Source of the DNA: a virus
Lineage: Duplodnaviria > Caudoviricetes
Length of the DNA: 64,000 bases
Reading direction: 5' to 3' (one strand)
IMG/VR virus record: IMGVR_UViG_3300032327_001202
Location: 1-64,000 of that record
Numbering within the stretch: position 1 is the first letter of the stretch; each line of letters begins with the position of its first letter. The notes under the pieces are model-generated. The model saw only the letters and a program-made list of their open reading frames with translations. It was not told the origin of the DNA and did no database searches. The position numbers and the translations under genes were made by a program. This document shows positions 58,548 to 64,000 of this stretch, piece after piece.

Positions 58548-59513
58548 TTAAAAAATAATATAGTCGTATATTCTAGATAATTCATGATATACATAAATAT
58601 CATTATTAAATTCATCATTATTATAGTCATTACCTATAGTTAGGTAATGACTTTCAGAATAAGGTTTATTGTCTCTTATAAATTTATCTATAATTTCATT
58701 AGAATTTAATAAAAATTTATTCCCAATTTTTTCGAAATTTATTTTTATTTCTTTATAAAAATTTTTTAATTCATTAAATGTTTTTATAACATATTTTTTC
58801 TTTAATATATTTTCTATAAATAAATTTGTAAATTCTAATAATTCATTAAATTCAACTTTTGTTAGAATATTATTTGAATCAAAATTAATAAGCATCATTG
58901 CTGATTTATATAAATAATTTTTTTTGAATTCATCTTGAATCATAGATTTATCAAATGTTCTTAGATAATATAATTTATCATACAACATTCTAATTCTTGC
59001 ATCTACCTCATGATCTAATGCTAAGTAATTTAATTGCATAAAATCATGTATCCAATAATTTTTTTTATAAAAGTTTATTAATCCATTTGTATATAAAACT
59101 TTATCAAAAGATTCAAGATTATTATTATGATATAAGTCATATATATGTTTTAATTCATGAACAATTATAGAAAATAATTGATAATAATCTATTTTAATGT
59201 CAATTATTTCTATTTTAATGTCAAAATTTTTAAAATTATTTTTTTTAATTATGTCTTCCTGTACATAAGCATAATATTTTTTCTTATTATTATCTTTATA
59301 ATCTATAATTATATCAAATATAACACCAAATGGATCAAATTCTTTAAAGTCATTTTTGTTTCTAAAATCAAAATCAAAATGGTATTTATTTATTCCTAAA
59401 TTAATATTATTTTCTATTTTTTGTCTAATAATATTCATATGCTTTTTTAAAGCAAACTCATATATTTTTTCTTCACTTTTACTAAATTCTTGATATTTTT
59501 TTAAATTATCCAT
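58548..59513 (-). CDS. Hypothetical protein with HExxH zinc-peptidase-like motif
   Basis: IIVHELKHIYD...DHEVDA; leader MDNLKKYQEF. Confidence 0.5.
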   Translation of the reverse strand: MDNLKKYQEFSKSEEKIYEFALKKHMNIIRQKIENNINLGINKYHFDFDFRNKNDFKEFDPFGVIFDIIIDYKDNNKKKYYAYVQEDIIKKNNFKNFDIKIEIIDIKIDYYQLFSIIVHELKHIYDLYHNNNLESFDKVLYTNGLINFYKKNYWIHDFMQLNYLALDHEVDARIRMLYDKLYYLRTFDKSMIQDEFKKNYLYKSAMMLINFDSNNILTKVEFNELLEFTNLFIENILKKKYVIKTFNELKNFYKEIKINFEKIGNKFLLNSNEIIDKFIRDNKPYSESHYLTIGNDYNNDEFNNDIYVYHELSRIYDYIIF

Positions 59514-59642
59514 ATATTATATATTTTTTAAGAAAAGTATCTTTATTTTAAATAATATATTTTTACATGTAAAAGTTTAAAAAATACATTTTTCACATGT
59601 AAAAAATACAAGAGGAAAACACCATTTTAATATATAATTAAA

Positions 59643-59951
59643 ATGTCAAAAAAATTAACACAAGAAGAATATATAGAAAAAGTTAGGTTTATTCATAATA
59701 ATAGTTATGAATATTCAAAAACTATCTATACTGGTAATAAGAATAAATTAATTATTACTTGTATAGAATATGATGGAAAGCAACATTTCGAATCAATTGA
59801 ATATTTTGGTAGTGAAGAATCATTAAAAAAGAAAAAAATAAAAGATTTTATTAAAGATAATTTTTGTTTAAAAAATAAAATTAATCTAATAAGAATACCT
59901 TATTATGATTTTGATAAAATTGAAAAAATTATAGAAGAAATATGCCAATAG
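59643..59951 (+). pseudogene. Internally deleted Vsr-like homing-endonuclease remnant
   Basis: N-terminal KLTQEEYIEK...YEYSK...IITC joins directly to IEYDGKQHF...LIRIPY; the RFDFY catalytic strand is absent. Confidence 0.55.
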
Positions 59952-60730
59952 GTCAAAAACACAATGCCGACGACAGTTTTTTCCGGGACCTAATTTTATG
60001 TGTTTTAGATACTTTAGAATCTGAGTTAATGTGGGTTAATAGATTTTCAAGTGGTAATATAGAAGTATCTGTGCCTATTTATTATTCTCTAACTGGTGAT
60101 GAAAGATTTTTATTAGATTCATTTGTTGATGATGTTGTATCTGATAATAGATATGTTGAATTAAATACTGATAAAATACCAAGAGGTCATTTAACGATGA
60201 CTGGATTTGATATTTTGTCTGATAGATTTAATAATCCAAATGTTTGGTTAAAAACTGTAATTGATGATAATGAGGAAATAAAAAAAGTTTTGACAAAAAT
60301 TAAAGCTATTCCTTTGAGTGTAAAATTTGATTTAGTAATTTTATTAGCAAATGAAATAGATTATTTTAAATGTAGTCAAGCTATTTTAGATTCTTTTTCA
60401 TTTTATAGATATATTCAATTTGAGTATAATTATATGAATATAGATGCTATGATTATATTACCTGATACAAAAACACTTGAGTTTTCAAGAGAAAAGAACA
60501 TGACATCAGACAACTCACTTAAATTAACAATGCAATTTGAGGTATCTACTTATTACCCTGCTTATAGAAGACCAAAAAGTAATTTAGAACTTAATGATAA
60601 AAATATGACGTGGTCAAATGCTTTTAATTATGATGGATTTAAATCAAATAATAAAGATTTGATAGTAAATCCAAAGAAAAGTAAGTGGTGGAGTAATTTA
60701 CTAAGAGTACAAAAAAGAAATAATGAGTAA
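59942..60730 (+). CDS. Tail terminator/sheath stabiliser, T4 gp15-like
   Basis: FRDLILCV, VPIYY, IPRGHLTMTGFD, IPLSVKFDL. Confidence 0.65.
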   Translation: MPIGQKHNADDSFFRDLILCVLDTLESELMWVNRFSSGNIEVSVPIYYSLTGDERFLLDSFVDDVVSDNRYVELNTDKIPRGHLTMTGFDILSDRFNNPNVWLKTVIDDNEEIKKVLTKIKAIPLSVKFDLVILLANEIDYFKCSQAILDSFSFYRYIQFEYNYMNIDAMIILPDTKTLEFSREKNMTSDNSLKLTMQFEVSTYYPAYRRPKSNLELNDKNMTWSNAFNYDGFKSNNKDLIVNPKKSKWWSNLLRVQKRNNE

Positions 60731-60802
60731 TTGTTTTTCTAAAATAGAAATAAATGACTTTTTATATAAAATATATACTAATAACAAAAATAATAAATAT
60801 TC

Positions 60803-62086
60803 ATGAAAAATATTAAATTGGAAATTTTTAACTTTCGTAAAAGTTTATCTATTGAGCAAGAAGAAGTATCTAACATATTAGAAGCTTATCTAGGTTCTCT
60901 TAATGATATATCAGAAAAACAAACTGTTCTTTCGCTTAATGAAAGATTAAAAACATATACTTATGATAAAGGAGTAAAATCTTTTTTAGAAGCATTAAAT
61001 AATGATATGAAAGAATATCAATTAGTATATGAATTAAAACATTTATATAGTGTATTAAATACTAAAAATCAAGGTGAACTTTATAGACAACCTATTAATG
61101 TTATCTTACAAACTATCAATTTAGATTCTGATTCTGACAGAATGTCAAAAGTATTAAACGAATTAGCAATTTATGATTGGGTTCCTGAGATTAAATTATT
61201 CGTACATAACTTAACAAAATCTCCTGAACAAAGAGCTAACTTATTATCAGGGGGTAAGGGAGAACCTATTTATACATTAGTAGAACAAGTAGAAAATGGA
61301 TATATCTGTTTAATTAGAGATTCATGGTTTTTCTTAAGTGATGATAACATCGAAAAAACTTTAGTAGAAACTCATGTTAAAGATGAAAGTAAAATCCTTT
61401 TATTAAGAACTTTATCAACTGCAATGCAGTATTCAAATATCACGGCTGAAAGAGTTAATTTTAGAATTTCAGAAAATTTAACAATCGGCTTATCAGTATC
61501 AAAGAAAGGGCAAATTTATATCAATGAAGATTTATTAAATAAAGAAACAACATTAGAAAGTTTATTCAATTCTCCAATCGTGCCATTAATAAATAAAAAT
61601 TTCTATCCATTAATTGTTGAAACTGCAAATAATTTAGACAAATTCGTGGAATTAGATATAGTTAAAAAAGTATCAAATATAGTTAATCCTTATTTAGAAG
61701 CTTATGTATTCAATTATAAAGACGCATCTTATATTTATCGTTGCGATGAAAGATTTGGGCATTCATTATTCAAATATGATTCAGTTTTAGAAATAGTAAA
61801 TGAAATTAAAAATGACTTAAATTACGATTTAACATATTTCTTTGAAAATAAATTAGATAAAGAATTAATTAGCAAAAGAAAATTAGAAGATAAAGAAAGA
61901 GAAATAGTTCTTAAATTAGAAGATATTAAATTCAATATTAGTAAAATTAAAACATCTTTACAATATATCGGTGAATCAGAAACTTTATCAACTGCATTAG
62001 TTAATTTAGAAAAAAGAGAAAACACATTATCTACAGAATTACAAGCTGTAAAAGAATTACAATATAACGAAAGAATTAAAATCTAA
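60803..62086 (+). CDS. Hypothetical protein with C-terminal coiled coil
   Basis: 427-aa ORF; hairpin follows at about 62104-62138. Confidence 0.55.
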   Translation: MKNIKLEIFNFRKSLSIEQEEVSNILEAYLGSLNDISEKQTVLSLNERLKTYTYDKGVKSFLEALNNDMKEYQLVYELKHLYSVLNTKNQGELYRQPINVILQTINLDSDSDRMSKVLNELAIYDWVPEIKLFVHNLTKSPEQRANLLSGGKGEPIYTLVEQVENGYICLIRDSWFFLSDDNIEKTLVETHVKDESKILLLRTLSTAMQYSNITAERVNFRISENLTIGLSVSKKGQIYINEDLLNKETTLESLFNSPIVPLINKNFYPLIVETANNLDKFVELDIVKKVSNIVNPYLEAYVFNYKDASYIYRCDERFGHSLFKYDSVLEIVNEIKNDLNYDLTYFFENKLDKELISKRKLEDKEREIVLKLEDIKFNISKIKTSLQYIGESETLSTALVNLEKRENTLSTELQAVKELQYNERIKI

Positions 62087-62188
62087 TCAAATAAAATAAC
62101 GGCAAAGACCTATGTATTTTTATACATAGGTCTTTTTTTGTTAAACTTTTTATCAAAAAAGTCTATAGTATAAAAATAATATCTACAA

Positions 62189-62554
62189 ATGTATTTACAA
62201 AACAAAGAACTTTTCATTGAAATTGTTATTTCAAAAGCTCAAGGAAAATTAACTAATCCCGCTAAAAAAATGTTAGAAATGTTAGCTAAAAAAACAATTA
62301 AAAAATTTAGATATTACAACAACGAAGATAAAATGGATTGCTACCAATCTGCTTTATTAGATATGTTTTCTAATTGGTATAATTTTAATGATGAAAAAAG
62401 TGATAATGCTTTTGCTTATTTTACTGAGATATTTAAAAGAGGTAGTGCGAAAGGACTTAATCAAATCTATGTAAAAAAAGGAGATTCATTAAATCAAATA
62501 AAAGTAATTAGTATAGAATCATCAAATGATGGTCAAGGACTTCACTCAATTTAA
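62189..62554 (+). CDS. Late-transcription sigma factor, T4 gp55-like (121 aa)
   Basis: YLQNKELF...FRYY...DKMDCYQ...NF.DEKSDNAFAYFTEI. Confidence 0.75.
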   Translation: MYLQNKELFIEIVISKAQGKLTNPAKKMLEMLAKKTIKKFRYYNNEDKMDCYQSALLDMFSNWYNFNDEKSDNAFAYFTEIFKRGSAKGLNQIYVKKGDSLNQIKVISIESSNDGQGLHSI

Positions 62555-62575
62555 TTAAAAAAAAGTAGGCAATGC

Positions 62576-62857
62576 CTACTTTTTTGCTTTATGTAATAAC
62601 ATTTCTAAATTATCTTTAGTAAAATCTTTAAAATCTTCTTTACCACCATCTTTTAAATAAGCATTATATAACTCTTGATATTCATATAATGTATAATATT
62701 TTCCTGTAGTTTCGGAAAATAAAACTCCTGTATCTTTAGCATCTATTCCTATATCTAATACTTGATTACCATATGCCGGTCCTATACTTCCTGCACCAAC
62801 AGGTATTTCTGCTCCACTAATGGATTCTACAAACTTGTTAAATTTTTTAATTATCAT
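62576..62857 (-). CDS. Hypothetical protein with IKKFxKFVE leader
   Basis: Starts MIIKKFNKFVES. Confidence 0.5.
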   Translation of the reverse strand: MIIKKFNKFVESISGAEIPVGAGSIGPAYGNQVLDIGIDAKDTGVLFSETTGKYYTLYEYQELYNAYLKDGGKEDFKDFTKDNLEMLLHKAKK

Positions 62858-63263
62858 CAGTTTCTATTTTTTCATAAAATTCATCACTTTCGGTTAATAA
62901 AAAGTGATCATTTTTGCATACATAATTTATGTGATAAAGATAATTATCTTTTACTTCACAACGTTTTTGATTTTCTAATAAAAGAAAATCTCTATCTTTT
63001 TTATTTATAACTTCTAAAACTTTGTCATTGTATGCTTGAAGATTACATATCATATCTTTTTTATCTAACAAATATTTAACTTGTGAAATAAAATCGTATT
63101 TTGATAAATATAAATAATCTTTTATATAATCTAAATTATAGTTATCTAAAAATTTCTTTTCACATGTAGATATAATTTCATTTTTAGATATTTTATCCAA
63201 AATTTGATTTAATGCATACACTTTATCAGTGTCTCTCTTAAAAAAATATTTTAACCTCTTCAT
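62847..63263 (-). CDS. Hypothetical protein
   Basis: 138-aa ORF. Confidence 0.5.
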   Translation of the reverse strand: MKRLKYFFKRDTDKVYALNQILDKISKNEIISTCEKKFLDNYNLDYIKDYLYLSKYDFISQVKYLLDKKDMICNLQAYNDKVLEVINKKDRDFLLLENQKRCEVKDNYLYHINYVCKNDHFLLTESDEFYEKIETDDN

Positions 63264-63313
63264 ATATGTATATATTATTATTTTATATATAAGATTAATA
63301 ACTAACCTAAAAA

Positions 63314-64000
63314 ATGGATAAAAAACTATTAGATGCTTTTAATAATTTGAGTAAAGCCTTAGATTTACTTGCTAATACATTAGATAAAAATAAAAAAAGC
63401 AAAGAATCTGGGTCGGCTACTGGAGATGCTTTAAAAAATAAAGAAATTAAGGATATTGCTACGCAGATAAAAGATATTAGTGATGGTGTCAAATCATTAA
63501 AAAGTGATAATAAAAAGATTTTAGCCAATCAAAAAACTTTATTAGACTTAGCAAGAAAACCACAAAAAGGAGTTGAAAGTAAAACAGGCGCAGTTGAAGA
63601 TGCAGGAGATCCTAATAAGAATAAACGTATTAAAGATGGTGCTTTAATGATAGTTGGGATAGCAGTTGCTGTATTAGCAATTGGTCTGGCATTTAAACTA
63701 ATAGGTAAAATTGATGTAGGTAGTGTATTAGCTCTTTCTTTAGCAATACCGTTAATAGCATATGCTTTTGAAAGAGTTTCTAAATTAAAATTAAATTATA
63801 GAGATATATTAAGTACTTCTTTAGCATTAATAGCAATTGCTGGTGTTCTTACGATAGCATCATTCATTATGCAATATATTCGTCCTATTTCATTTGCACA
63901 AGGGTTTACAGCTATTTTTATAGCTACAACATTTGTTGCTATATCTTTTGGTATAAGACGAATTGTAGATGGTTTCAAAAGTATTAATCCAATTCAACTT
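63314..64000 (+). CDS. Start of a large protein with hydrophobic Ala/Ile/Gly-rich helices, tape-measure-like (truncated by the window edge)
   Basis: Not in the ORF track. Manual translation: MDKKLLDAFNNLSKAL...GALMIVGIAVAVLAIGLAFKLIG..., open to the end of the window. Confidence 0.55.
   Translation, partial: MDKKLLDAFNNLSKALDLLANTLDKNKKSKESGSATGDALKNKEIKDIATQIKDISDGVKSLKSDNKKILANQKTLLDLARKPQKGVESKTGAVEDAGDPNKNKRIKDGALMIVGIAVAVLAIGLAFKLIGKIDVGSVLALSLAIPLIAYAFERVSKLKLNYRDILSTSLALIAIAGVLTIASFIMQYIRPISFAQGFTAIFIATTFVAISFGIRRIVDGFKSINPIQL

Noticed and set aside
1474-63978. Short ORF-track entries antisense to or nested in long genes (e.g. 1474, 2376, 4593, 5921, 6646, 14255, 17455, 19900, 21036, 24699, 28240, 31932, 35173, 35266, 41160, 41218, 41660, 44883, 45293, 46670, 54670, 55040, 56247, 57832, 59178, 61822, 62762, 63307, 63796)
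   Set aside because: These are shadow frames of well-supported genes, with no motifs or start context.
1-64000. Stop-codon reassignment (TAG or TGA), as in some jumbo phages
   Set aside because: Core genes are full length under the standard code, and TAG/TGA end genes at sensible positions.
1-64000. Eukaryotic giant virus origin, suggested by the NrdA type and MPEGPE Nei
   Set aside because: T4-like portal, terminase, sheath, gp25, gp55 and a tmRNA identify a tailed bacteriophage.

Overview
A very AT-rich, gene-dense segment of a T4-like (myovirus-type) jumbo phage genome, probably infecting a Bacteroidota host (A-rich translation starts without Shine-Dalgarno; TAnnTTTG promoter elements). 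Left part: replication and nucleotide genes (DNA methylase, nrdA, gp41-like helicase, DinG-like helicase, N-terminal half of a family-B DNA polymerase, thyA, Fpg/Nei). Middle: accessory genes (two M28 peptidases, tmRNA, iscA, nucleotidyltransferase). Right: T4-like morphogenesis genes (capsid, prohead protease-scaffold, portal, gp2/gp4, sheath, terminase, gp25, gp15) plus clamp loader, clpS and a gp55-like late sigma. Two observations stand out. (1) A family of about 10 small ORFs (22.6-25.4 kb, plus 27.8 and 33.7 kb) shares an R-[DENQ]-x-x-[IL]-[DN]-x-[IL]-L motif. Eight of them also carry a short look-alike of a conserved motif from an essential phage protein (PolB motif A, PolB motif B, capsid, scaffold repeat, portal, prohead protease). 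This suggests an undescribed decoy/mimic or interference system. (2) Both neighbouring helicase genes are fractured by naturally split inteins: one canonical with a nested free-standing endonuclease, one atypically split (37-aa IntN, 132-aa IntC) with no insert. All family assignments come from motif recognition by eye; no database searches were run.
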